DNA of 64,000 nucleotides, taken from Candidatus Korobacteraceae bacterium. GTDB taxonomy: Bacteria; Acidobacteriota; Terriglobia; Terriglobales; Acidobacteriaceae. A program made the translations under genes and the position numbers. Of this stretch, positions 47,755 through 56,655 are shown piece by piece; the stretch's first letter is position 1, and each line of letters begins with the position of its first letter. The notes under the pieces are model-generated. The model had not been told where the DNA came from. It worked only from the letters and a program-made list of their open reading frames with translations, and did not search any database. The stretch spans positions 4,215 to 68,214 of the forward strand of contig JBEKXQ010000010.1 in the NCBI GenBank assembly GCA_049511915.1, read 5' to 3'.

Positions 47755-48486
47755 TCAGAGCTTCCCAGTCGCGAGCTGCTGGCTCTCCATCATCTGCGGA
47801 ATCGTCACGAACTCATATCCCTCAGGCCGATAGCGCGACACGATGCGGTCGCTGGCTTCGACGCTGCGGCTGCGGTCGACGCCGATGCGATGGTATTCCC
47901 CATCATGCAGCAGGATGACATTGCCGCCGTGGATCTGCCTCTCGGCGCGCGCGACAATTTCGCCGGCGGACTTGGCCTTCCAGTCTTGACACGTGACATT
48001 CCACATCACAGGTTGCAAGCCTAGGGCGCGAGCTGCGCGCAGCGATGCTGGACGGCGTCCGCCGAATGGCGGCCGAAAAAGCCGGACGTCGACACCCGTG
48101 GCCTCGCGGATCGCCTGCTGCGTCTGCTGAAGTTGACGCCGCACCTCGGCGGCGGAGGCGAAGATCAGGTTGGGATGATCCCACGTGTGGCTTCCGATGG
48201 CATGCCCGGCGGCGACGAGGGCGCGCGCGATCTCCGGTTTCTGCTGGACGAATCGGCCGAGCAGGAAGAATGTCGCCTTCGCCCCGTGGCGTTCCAGGAC
48301 TTCCATCATGCGCCACGTGTAGGGATCGTTGGGGCCGTCGTCGTAGGTGAGCGCCAGCAGCCGTGAGCTGGGCTGCAGGCCGGTGAACGTCCGGCCGTAC
48401 ACCTGCGACGTGGGCCACATGGTGTGGAAGCCCGCCCACGTGGCCAGTCCGGCGAGGCCTATGGCGCTGAAGAGGATCGGGAACAC
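47755..48486 (-). CDS. Polysaccharide deacetylase (NodB homology domain)
   Basis: Motifs LTYDDGPND and GSHTWDHP. Confidence 0.85.
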   Translation of the reverse strand: MFPILFSAIGLAGLATWAGFHTMWPTSQVYGRTFTGLQPSSRLLALTYDDGPNDPYTWRMMEVLERHGAKATFFLLGRFVQQKPEIARALVAAGHAIGSHTWDHPNLIFASAAEVRRQLQQTQQAIREATGVDVRLFRPPFGGRRPASLRAARALGLQPVMWNVTCQDWKAKSAGEIVARAERQIHGGNVILLHDGEYHRIGVDRSRSVEASDRIVSRYRPEGYEFVTIPQMMESQQLATGKL

Positions 48487-48510
48487 GATGTGATTGTAGC
48501 TGTTTCGAGA

Positions 48511-48568
48511 GTGGCATTTAGCATTTAGCCGTTAGCACTTGGCCAAGTGCCAAATGCTAAGTGCTAAC
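48511..48568. repeat. Composite palindromic element
   Basis: Tandem GCATTTAG x2, a 16-nt perfect palindrome GCACTTGGCCAAGTGC (48535-48550), and outer arms GTTAGCACTT/AAGTGCTAAC (48531-48540 / 48559-48568). Confidence 0.8.
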
Positions 48569-48712
48569 TGCCTCACGCATCGGTGGAAAACTTGCCCACA
48601 GTTTTACAAGCAAGTAATTGCCACGGAGGCGCGCGCAAGTTATTCTGCGAGGGACCCCGGAAGGCGCTGTCTTTGCGTCGTCTGGGCCGAGAATCGTAGT
48701 CTTTCTCCGATC

Positions 48713-49381
48713 ATGGCGAACCTCTTCGAACCACCCCGGTATATTGCAGTCGAGGGCCCAATCCGAGTCGGCAAGAGCACGCTCAGCCGAGTGATTGCCG
48801 AGACCTTGCACGCGCAGCGCATCAGCGAGCCGGAACAAAACCCGTTTCTGCGCCCGTTCTACCAGGGAGAACCCGGAGCCGCGTTCCAGGCGCAGTTTGC
48901 CTTCCTGATCGCGCGCTATGAGCAGCTTGGGGGACTAAATATCAAGGGCAATCCCAACAAGACCTACGTAGCGGATTACATCTTCGAGAAGGACAAGCTC
49001 TTCGCGTGCCTCAATCTGGGCGACGCTGAGCTGGAGGTTTACAACCGCTACTACGAGTTGTTTCGCCAGAACGTGCCCACGCCGGACCTCGTCATCTACC
49101 TGCAGGCCACTCCCGAGGTGCTGAAGAAACGGCTGAAGAAAAAAGGCGCGCCCGGCGAGAAGGCGATCAGCGACGATTATCTGGAAGAGGTGATCAAGGC
49201 GTATGAGCACTTCTTCTTTCACTACACCTCGTCGGACCTGCTGATCGTGAACACGTCGGAGATCGACTTCGTGGAGCGCAGCGAAGACTTGCAGGCGCTG
49301 CTGCGACGCGTCAGTGAGCCGATTCGCGGCACGCAATATTTCTTGCCGCTAGGCGGGGATGAGCAGTCGGCGCGGGCGTAG
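48713..49381 (+). CDS. Deoxynucleoside kinase family protein
   Basis: ATG at 48713. P-loop AVEGPIRVGKSTL and a dNK-like body. Confidence 0.85.
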   Translation: MANLFEPPRYIAVEGPIRVGKSTLSRVIAETLHAQRISEPEQNPFLRPFYQGEPGAAFQAQFAFLIARYEQLGGLNIKGNPNKTYVADYIFEKDKLFACLNLGDAELEVYNRYYELFRQNVPTPDLVIYLQATPEVLKKRLKKKGAPGEKAISDDYLEEVIKAYEHFFFHYTSSDLLIVNTSEIDFVERSEDLQALLRRVSEPIRGTQYFLPLGGDEQSARA

Positions 49382-49422
49382 GGGACAGCTACGGCTACTG
49401 AGGTCGCGGAAAAGCTCGAACA

Positions 49423-49462
49423 GCAGATCCCTCGCGGGCTGAAGCCCGCTCGTGATGACAAA
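49423..49462 (+). repeat. Intergenic hairpin repeat, family B copy 1
   Basis: GCAGATCCCTCG-hairpin(GCGGGC/GCCCGC)-TCGTGATGACAAA. Other copies at 62868-62908 and 63639-63680. Confidence 0.8.
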
Positions 49463-49522
49463 TTAGAAAAGACCGCTATCGGCGAGGCGGAAGCTGCGCC
49501 CCTTCAAAAGTGCGCACGACGG

Positions 49523-50818
49523 CTAAACCAGCGCCAAGGCTTCGCGGGCGGCGGCGATGGTGTCGTCGATGTCGCCCTGAGTGTGTGCGAGGCTGAGGAA
49601 TGCGGCTTCGAACTGCGAGGGCGGCAGCCAGACACCGGCGTCGAGCAGGGCTCCGTGGAAGCGGCCAAACTTCGCCGTGTCGCAGGTGGCGGCACTGTTC
49701 CAGTCGGTGACCTGTCGGTCGGTGAAGAAGAACGTGAACATGGAACCGACGCGATTGGTAGTCATCGCAACACCCGCATCTTTCGCAGCTTGCGTGACGC
49801 CCGCGACCAGCTTGCCCGCCATTTCATCGAGCTGTTTGTAGAACTGTTCCCTGTTGGCCTTGAGCTGGCTTAGGGTCGCAATGCCCGCTGCCATCGCCAA
49901 GGGATTGCCGCTTAGCGTCCCGGCCTGATAGACAGGGCCGACGGGAGCGATCATGTCCATGAGCTTGGCCGGCCCGCCATACGCGCCCACCGGCAAGCCG
50001 CCGCCGATGATCTTGCCCAAGGTCGTGATGTCTGGCTTGATGTTGTAAAGCTCGGAAGCCCCGCCAAAAGCCACGCGGAAACCGGTCATGACCTCGTCGA
50101 AGATGAGCAGAGTGCCTGCCTGCGAAGTGATCATTCGCAAAGCTGCCAGATACCCGGGCGTCGGAAGCACGCAGCCCATGTTGCCAACCACGGGTTCAAC
50201 GATGACGCAGGCGATCTGGTCTTTGAATTTGTCGAAGGCGGCTGCGACGGCTGGGACATCGTTGTAAGGCAGGGCAAGAGTGAACTCGACGAACTCCTGG
50301 GGCACGCCGGCCGAGCCAGGAATGCCGAGCGTTGCAACGCCTGAGCCCGCCTTCACCAGCAGCGCGTCACTGTGTCCGTGATAGCAACCTTCGAACTTCA
50401 CGATGATCTTGCGGCCGGTAGCGGCACGGGCCAGGCGAATCGCCGACATCGTCGCTTCGGTGCCAGAGCTGACGAAGCGCACTTTCTCGATGGCCGGGAA
50501 GGCTTCGATGACTAGAGCTGCGAGGTCAGCTTCGGTTGGAGTCGACGCACCAAAGCTAGTGCCGTTGCGCGCTGCCTGGGCGATGGCCTCGATCACTTCG
50601 GGATCGGAGTGGCCGAGAATGAGCGGCCCCCAGGACCCGACGTAGTCGATGTAGCGGTTGCCGTCGGCATCCCAGACGTGGGATCCCAGGCCGCGAACCA
50701 GGAACGGCGGGTCGCCGCCAACAGAGCCGAAGGCACGAACGGGCGAGTTGACGCCGCCGGGGATAAGCCGCTTGGCACGTTTTTGCAGCGCGCGGGATTT
50801 GTCAAGTGTGCGGGCCAT
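49523..50818 (-). CDS. hemL: Glutamate-1-semialdehyde 2,1-aminomutase
   Basis: ATG at 50818 (MARTLDKS...). Motifs [10 protein letters not shown] and [11 protein letters not shown]. Confidence 0.95.
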   Translation of the reverse strand: MARTLDKSRALQKRAKRLIPGGVNSPVRAFGSVGGDPPFLVRGLGSHVWDADGNRYIDYVGSWGPLILGHSDPEVIEAIAQAARNGTSFGASTPTEADLAALVIEAFPAIEKVRFVSSGTEATMSAIRLARAATGRKIIVKFEGCYHGHSDALLVKAGSGVATLGIPGSAGVPQEFVEFTLALPYNDVPAVAAAFDKFKDQIACVIVEPVVGNMGCVLPTPGYLAALRMITSQAGTLLIFDEVMTGFRVAFGGASELYNIKPDITTLGKIIGGGLPVGAYGGPAKLMDMIAPVGPVYQAGTLSGNPLAMAAGIATLSQLKANREQFYKQLDEMAGKLVAGVTQAAKDAGVAMTTNRVGSMFTFFFTDRQVTDWNSAATCDTAKFGRFHGALLDAGVWLPPSQFEAAFLSLAHTQGDIDDTIAAAREALALV

Positions 50819-51049
50819 TGGTCGCTGTTCCCTCTTCGGCTTTTGCTCTTCGCTTGATACCGATGAACAAAGGAGTTTATCAGGGTGACAACGTTTCGGC
50901 TTACAATCCACTCTGGGCTGCGTCCAACCTCCAGCCCGGAAGGCCTTCTGCGATCTGATTTTCCGGAACTTCCCGGGAGTGTCGGCATCGAACTGGGATA
51001 GAATAGGAGTGATCCAGCGGGCGGTATCCCTCCAAACAGCGAATTACAC

Positions 51050-52279
51050 ATGTCAATGTCGAAGACCACGAAGTTTATTGTCCTTGCTCTCTCGTTCCTG
51101 ATTGCCTCGTTCGTCATAATCGGTCAACTGGGCGTTAAGGCCGACACCAACGACGACGGCTCCTATCGTCAACTGGGCGTGTACAGCGAGGTGCTGTCGC
51201 GCATCCGCGACGAGTACGTCGAGGAGCCCAACATTGCGGCCGTAACCAACGGCGCGCTGCATGGGCTGCTGGAATCGCTGGATGCCAACTCCAGCTATCT
51301 GGATCCCACGGAGTTCAAAGAGTACAAGCAGCGCAAGGAAGGCAAGGCTGCTATTGGCGCCGCGGTTTCCAAGCGCTATGGCTATGCGGCCGTGATCTCG
51401 GTGATTCCGGGCGGGCCGGCTGACAAAGCGGAGATCGAGAGCGGAGACATCATTGAGGCGATCGAAGGCAGGTCCACGCGCGACATGTCGCTGGCCGAGA
51501 TCGACGGGCGGTTGACCGGACCACCGGGATCGGTGGTCAATGTTTCCGTGGTACGGCCGCGGCGGGCAGAGCCGGTGAAGTCGGCGCTTACGTTGGCCGT
51601 GGTTACCGATCCGCCTCCCACCGACAAGATGATGGCGGATGGCGTCGGCTACATCAAGGTGGACGACTTTCCCAAAGGACGCTCGCAGGAGCTGGCCAAC
51701 AAACTGAAGGCGCTGCAGAAGGATGGCGCGAAGAAGATCATTCTCGACCTGCGCAACTCGGGCGATGGCGAAGAGGACGAAGGTATTGCGACCGCGAATC
51801 TTTTTCTGAATCACGGCACGATCACCTATCTGCAAGGCCAGAAGTATCCCAAGCAGACTTTCAACGCCGACCCGCAGAAAGCGGTCATGACCAATCTACC
51901 GCTGGTGGTGCTGGTGAATCGCGGCACAGCCGGTCCGGCGGAAGTAGTAGCGGCCGCAATCATGGAGAATGCGCGCGGCGACGTGGTCGGCGACAAGACG
52001 TTTGGCGCGGGCGCGATCCAGAAAGTGATCGATATGCCGGATGGTTCGGCGCTGATCCTGTCGGTGGCCAAGTACTATTCGCCTTCCGGCAAGGCGTTGG
52101 AGGACACGGCCATCACGCCGAATATCCTGGTTGCCGACAATAACGATGACTTCATCGCTCCCGATGAGGACGAGAACGCCGAGGACCAGGCGCAAGAAGA
52201 GAAGCAGAAAGCCAATCAGCCGGACGATCAGCTCAACAAGGCAATCGAGGTGCTGAAGACGCAGCCCACCAAGGCGTAA
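51050..52279 (+). CDS. S41 (C-terminal processing peptidase) family homologue with PDZ domain; catalytic Ser and Lys both substituted
   Basis: Signal anchor and PDZ (GDIIEAIEG). The S41 core reads VLVNRGTAGPAEVVAAAI...GDKTFGAGAIQ where the family has GSASASE and TFGKG. Confidence 0.85.
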   Translation: MSMSKTTKFIVLALSFLIASFVIIGQLGVKADTNDDGSYRQLGVYSEVLSRIRDEYVEEPNIAAVTNGALHGLLESLDANSSYLDPTEFKEYKQRKEGKAAIGAAVSKRYGYAAVISVIPGGPADKAEIESGDIIEAIEGRSTRDMSLAEIDGRLTGPPGSVVNVSVVRPRRAEPVKSALTLAVVTDPPPTDKMMADGVGYIKVDDFPKGRSQELANKLKALQKDGAKKIILDLRNSGDGEEDEGIATANLFLNHGTITYLQGQKYPKQTFNADPQKAVMTNLPLVVLVNRGTAGPAEVVAAAIMENARGDVVGDKTFGAGAIQKVIDMPDGSALILSVAKYYSPSGKALEDTAITPNILVADNNDDFIAPDEDENAEDQAQEEKQKANQPDDQLNKAIEVLKTQPTKA

Positions 52280-52389
52280 ACCTCTCACCACAGAGACACC
52301 CTTCGACTTCGCTCAGGGCAGGCTTCGGCACGGAGAATAAATAGTCTTCGTGCCGTTTTTCTTTGGAAGGCCGATCCCAGCCAGTAATA

Positions 52390-52443
52390 GGGGTCCTTCG
52401 ACTCCGCATTCGCAAACGACGCGAATGCTCCGCTCAGGATGAC
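52390..52443 (+). repeat. Intergenic hairpin repeat, family A copy 1
   Basis: GGGGTCCTTCGACTCC + stem GCATTCGC/GCGAATGC + GCTCAGGATGAC. Confidence 0.85.
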
Positions 52444-52550
52444 ACCCGGCAATGGGCTCAGGGATGACGGAAGGATGGGCACAGGATGACAAACTCCGGG
52501 AGATTGCTGTAGTCTTCGAAATCTGTCGCCATCGTGCGAGGAGGGTGAAC

Positions 52551-52919
52551 ATGAAACGAGTGATAGGACTAGGCGGGATTTTCTTCAAGGCAAAAGACCC
52601 GAAGACACAATACGAGTGGTATCGCAAGCATCTGGGGATTGAGGGGGCGGAGGGTTCGGGCGCGATCTTCCGCGACGAGGTTCCAGCCGTTAACGTCTGG
52701 TCGATCTTTCCGCAGGACACGACATACTTCGCGCCCAGCCAGTCAAGCTTCATGATCAACTTTCGAGTGGACAATCTGGGCGAACTGCTGAAGGCACTGC
52801 GCGAGGAAGGCGTGCAGGTGGACGACAAAGTCGAGGACTGTGACTACGGCAAGTTTGGCTGGATCGTGGATCCGGAGGGAAACCGGGTGGAGTTATGGGA
52901 GCCGCCGAAGACAGCCTGA
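52551..52919 (+). CDS. VOC (glyoxalase/bleomycin-resistance) family protein
   Basis: The ATG at 52551 follows GAGGAGGG. Motifs GGIFFKAKDP...GWIVDPEGNRVELWEP. Confidence 0.8.
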   Translation: MKRVIGLGGIFFKAKDPKTQYEWYRKHLGIEGAEGSGAIFRDEVPAVNVWSIFPQDTTYFAPSQSSFMINFRVDNLGELLKALREEGVQVDDKVEDCDYGKFGWIVDPEGNRVELWEPPKTA

Positions 52920-52938
52920 TTGAGAGAGCGGAATTAGG

Positions 52939-54183
52939 TCACTCCGTCCAGCGCTTGAAGACCAGGCAGCCGTTGGTGCCGCCGAAGCCGAAGGAGTTCG
53001 AGATGGCGTACTCCATGGCGACTTTGCGAGCGGTGTGGGGGACGAAGTCTAAGTCGCAGCCTTCGTCAGGATGGTCGAGATTGATGGTGGGGGGAACGAT
53101 CTGGTCGCGCAGTGCGAGCACGGTGATGGCAGCTTCCAAACCGCCCGCTCCGCCCAGCAGGTGGCCCGTCATTGACTTGGTTGAGCTAACCAGCAGCTTG
53201 TAGGCGTGACCGCCGAAGGCTCGCTTGATGGCGGTCGCTTCCAGTTCGTCGCCCAGCGGAGTGGAAGTGCCGTGAGCGTTGACGTATCCGATGTGATCCG
53301 GCGAGAGGCCGGCGTCGCGCAGGGCGTTGCGCATTACGCGATAACCCCCTTCGCCTCCGGGAGCGGGCTGCGTGATGTGGTTGGCATCGGCGCTCATGCC
53401 GTAGCCGACAACTTCAGCGATGATGTTGGCACCGCGTTTCTTGGCAAATTCCAGCTCTTCGAGAATCAAAATCCCCGCGCCTTCGCCGATGACGAAGCCG
53501 TCGCGATCTTTGTCCCAAGGCCGGCTGGCGCGATGGGGATCGTCATTGCGGGTGGAGAGCGCGCGCATGGCAGCGAATCCGCCAACGCCCATGGGCGTGA
53601 TCGCAGCCTCGCTGCCGCCGGCGATCATGACGTCGGCATCGCCGTACTTAATGACACGGGCGGCGTCACCGATGGAATGAGCGCTGGTGGTGCAGGCGGT
53701 GCAGGTGGCTTCGTTCGGGCCTTTGGCATTGTTGCGGATGCTGACTTGACCGGCGGCGAGATTAACGATGGCCGCAGGAATAAAGAAAGGGGAGATTTTG
53801 CGCGGGCCGCCGCTGATCAGGTTGTAGTGTTCGCGCTCGATGATGTCGAATCCGCCGATGCCGGAGCCGATGTTGACCCCGGTGCGTTCGGCCATATCTT
53901 CGTTTTCGACCTTGTAGTTGGCCATACGAAGGGCTTCATCGCTGGCGGCGATGGCCAGATGAATAAAGCGCGCCATTTTGCGCGCTTCTTTTTTGTCGAT
54001 GAACTGGAGCGGGTCAAAGTTTTTGACCTCGGCGGCGATCTTGCAGGCGAACGCGGAGGCATCGAAGCTGGTGATGAGCTCCACCCCGCTCTTACCAGAT
54101 AGCAGCGCCGGCCACGCTTCTTCGACAGTTTTGCCGACAGCGCAAGTGATACCGATACCCGTGACGACGACGCGACGGTTCAA
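52939..54183 (-). CDS. fabF: Beta-ketoacyl-ACP synthase II
   Basis: TTG start at 54183, one nt after the acpP stop ([10 protein letters not shown]). Active-site motifs [19 protein letters not shown] and [12 protein letters not shown]. Confidence 0.95.
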   Translation of the reverse strand: MNRRVVVTGIGITCAVGKTVEEAWPALLSGKSGVELITSFDASAFACKIAAEVKNFDPLQFIDKKEARKMARFIHLAIAASDEALRMANYKVENEDMAERTGVNIGSGIGGFDIIEREHYNLISGGPRKISPFFIPAAIVNLAAGQVSIRNNAKGPNEATCTACTTSAHSIGDAARVIKYGDADVMIAGGSEAAITPMGVGGFAAMRALSTRNDDPHRASRPWDKDRDGFVIGEGAGILILEELEFAKKRGANIIAEVVGYGMSADANHITQPAPGGEGGYRVMRNALRDAGLSPDHIGYVNAHGTSTPLGDELEATAIKRAFGGHAYKLLVSSTKSMTGHLLGGAGGLEAAITVLALRDQIVPPTINLDHPDEGCDLDFVPHTARKVAMEYAISNSFGFGGTNGCLVFKRWTE

Positions 54184-54184
54184 C

Positions 54185-54430
54185 CTACTTCGATCCTTTC
54201 GCGTGCGAAGTGATGTAGTCGGTGGCGTCCTTGACGGTGCGGATTTTTTCCGCGTCCTCGTCAGGAATTTCGATTTCGAAAGCTTCTTCGAAGGCCATGA
54301 CCAGCTCGACGGTGTCGAGAGAGTCGGCGCCGAGGTCGTCCACAAAGGAGGCGTTGGGCGTGACCTCGGCTTCGTCAACGCCTAGCTGCTCGACAATGAT
54401 TTGCTTTACACGTTCATCAACGGATGCCAT
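54185..54430 (-). CDS. acpP: Acyl carrier protein (copy 1, fabF-proximal)
   Basis: [18 protein letters not shown]...[12 protein letters not shown] (phosphopantetheine Ser). Confidence 0.95.
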   Translation of the reverse strand: MASVDERVKQIIVEQLGVDEAEVTPNASFVDDLGADSLDTVELVMAFEEAFEIEIPDEDAEKIRTVKDATDYITSHAKGSK

Positions 54431-54544
54431 GAGACCATTCATCTCCTCTTGACCCGCAGGGGCGGGCGAACGCGGTTTCCCGGTTAAGTGGGGCCACTAC
54501 CGCATGGTGACGAGCGCGGCAGCGGCGGCCGCAGCGGACGCCAG

Positions 54545-54790
54545 CTATGTTTTTGCCTTAGCGTGCTGGTTGATGTAGGTGACCGCGTCCTGCACGGTGC
54601 GGATTTTTTCCGCGTCCTCGTCGGGGATTTCAATTTCGAAAGCTTCTTCGAAAGCCATGACCAGCTCGACCGTATCGAGCGAGTCGGCGCCAAGGTCGTC
54701 CACAAACGAAGCATTGGGCGTTACTTCCGCTTCATCTACGCCCAACTGCTCCACGATGATCTGTTTTACCCGTTCATCTACGGAAGCCAT
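54545..54790 (-). CDS. acpP: Acyl carrier protein (copy 2, tandem paralogue)
   Basis: The first 66 aa are identical to copy 1, including DSLD. AGGAGA RBS. The C-terminal 15 aa differ. Confidence 0.95.
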   Translation of the reverse strand: MASVDERVKQIIVEQLGVDEAEVTPNASFVDDLGADSLDTVELVMAFEEAFEIEIPDEDAEKIRTVQDAVTYINQHAKAKT

Positions 54791-55173
54791 CGATTCGTTC
54801 TCCTGTCGCGCAGCAGCGCAACGTACCGGAATGCCCAACGCACGCTTTGCGGCGGTGGGCGGGAAACCCGTAAGTCTAATTGCAGGCAAGAAGGCCTGTA
54901 AAGAATGCCTGAGAGCCCTCCCAAAAAGCAGATGCGTAGAGAGAGACTGAAGAGCGCTCAGCGATATGAGTCCCGATTCATCCTAAACGCTGGGCTTTGC
55001 AATGGTCAACGCGGGAAAGCCGCTTTTCGCTCTTCGCTGTTCGCTTTTGGCTTGGCCTTTCGCCCTTCGGCTGTTTGTGTCACGGCTTTTCCCCATCGCA
55101 GTAAGGTCCCCGTCCAAGACGAGCGAATCGAAAGGCGAAAAGCGAGGAGCGGCCATTGTGATACAACCCTGAC

Positions 55174-55623
55174 ATGCGAGCGGTGGTGCAACGCGTGACC
55201 CGGGCTTCGGTAAAGGTGGGGAATGAATTGACCGGTCGGATCGGGCAAGGGCTTCTGGTCTTGCTGGGAGTGGCGCGCGAAGACAGCGAGGCCGATGCCG
55301 ATTATCTGGCGGGAAAAATTGCGGGGCTAAGGGTTTTTGAAGATGACGGCGGGAAGATGAATCTGAGCGTGATGGATGTGGGAGGGGCAGTGCTGGCGGT
55401 ATCGCAATTCACGCTGTTTGGCGATGTTCGGCGGGGGAAACGGCCATCATTCGACGAGGCGGCGCGTCCAGAGCGGGCGCGGGAGTTGTATGAGTATTTT
55501 GTTGGACAGGTGCGGAAGGCGGGATTGCACTGCGAGACGGGGCGGTTTCAGGAGATGATGGACGTGGAGCTGGTCAATAGCGGGCCGGTGACGATCCTGG
55601 TGGATTCGAAGAAGGGGTTCTGA
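55174..55623 (+). CDS. dtd: D-aminoacyl-tRNA deacylase
   Basis: Motifs MRAVVQRV...[10 protein letters not shown]...SQFTLFGD...[18 protein letters not shown]. Confidence 0.95.
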   Translation: MRAVVQRVTRASVKVGNELTGRIGQGLLVLLGVAREDSEADADYLAGKIAGLRVFEDDGGKMNLSVMDVGGAVLAVSQFTLFGDVRRGKRPSFDEAARPERARELYEYFVGQVRKAGLHCETGRFQEMMDVELVNSGPVTILVDSKKGF

Positions 55624-55659
55624 GGCGTGGCGACAGAAAGGCAGGTTCATGACACAGTA

Positions 55660-55720
55660 GGGGTCCTTCGACTCCGGTTCGCGCAAAGGCGGGCGGGCGC
55701 GAACCTGCGCTCAGGATGAC
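55660..55720 (+). repeat. Intergenic hairpin repeat, family A copy 2
   Basis: GGGGTCCTTCGACTCC + stem GGTTCGCGC/GCGCGAACC + GCTCAGGATGAC. Confidence 0.85.
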
Positions 55721-55767
55721 ACACCGATTTTCACTCAGATGACGAAGCAATTCGAAGGAACAGATTT

Positions 55768-56313
55768 CTATTTCGAATCGTCGGAGCTGGGGGCGTTATA
55801 GGTTGTGGTCTTCTGCGGCTTGTTCTTGCTGACAGGAGTGGTCTCGGTCGGCGGCGTGCACTTCTGCGCCAGCACCTCTACGTCGGTGGCCTGGAAGCGA
55901 TGCGTCTCGACCGTCTTCTTGTTCTCCGGTTGCGGCGAAGCGACCGGTTCTTGTGACTGCGGCAGCGGCTGCCACTGGCCGGTCAACTTCACCTTGCTGC
56001 CGGAATCGTTCTTGAGATCGTTGGGGCCAACGACCTGCACTCCAAAGCGATGAGCCATGTTGCGGAGCGTGAACTTGCCATCCTTGTCAGGGCCCGCCAG
56101 ACAGCCAATCAGAGTAGAGCCCTTGGCGCCGGCCGGCTTGGTGATCTGATCGCCGCTGGTGGCACTGGTGTCCTGATTGGCGCTGGCAGCGTTGTCCTGC
56201 TGCTGTGCGGGCGTGGTCGGAAGCGGGCGCAGCGGAGCAATGGCCGGATCCTGCGCCAGAACTGGCAGACACAGGGCGAGCACCAAAATCGCGAAACCGA
56301 TGGACCGTCGCAT
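55768..56313 (-). CDS. Secreted low-complexity protein, unknown function
   Basis: Signal peptide MRRSIGFAILVLALCLPVLAQ. 181 aa. Confidence 0.6.
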   Translation of the reverse strand: MRRSIGFAILVLALCLPVLAQDPAIAPLRPLPTTPAQQQDNAASANQDTSATSGDQITKPAGAKGSTLIGCLAGPDKDGKFTLRNMAHRFGVQVVGPNDLKNDSGSKVKLTGQWQPLPQSQEPVASPQPENKKTVETHRFQATDVEVLAQKCTPPTETTPVSKNKPQKTTTYNAPSSDDSK

Positions 56314-56406
56314 GGGCGATAACTAAGGATATCTGATAATTTGACGCAGTGGGCGAGCCGGGAGTTGCGCCGATTGGACCACAGAGACACCGAGACACGC
56401 TTATGC

Positions 56407-56655
56407 TCAGCGCCGGTAGAGCAAGTAGTCGATGGCGAAGTGGAAGAAGGTGAGAATGCTGGCGAGTGCGGTTGCGACGCCGGTGAAGCGCTGAAGGTAG
56501 GCTTCGTGGCGATCGACGCGCTCCTCGATTTCCTGGATCTTGCCGTGGTTGCCGTTGCCGATGACCCAACGCATGTTGGCCTTGAGTTCGGCGAGGTCGG
56601 AGAGAACTTTCTGTTCGAAGTCAGTTAGCGTGACGATACTGGGACATGTACTCAT
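56407..56655 (-). CDS. Small protein with C-terminal TM helix (phage-module associated)
   Basis: 82 aa. 4-nt overlap with the upstream chimeric gene. C-terminal VATALASILTFFHFAIDYLL. Confidence 0.5.
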   Translation of the reverse strand: MSTCPSIVTLTDFEQKVLSDLAELKANMRWVIGNGNHGKIQEIEERVDRHEAYLQRFTGVATALASILTFFHFAIDYLLYRR

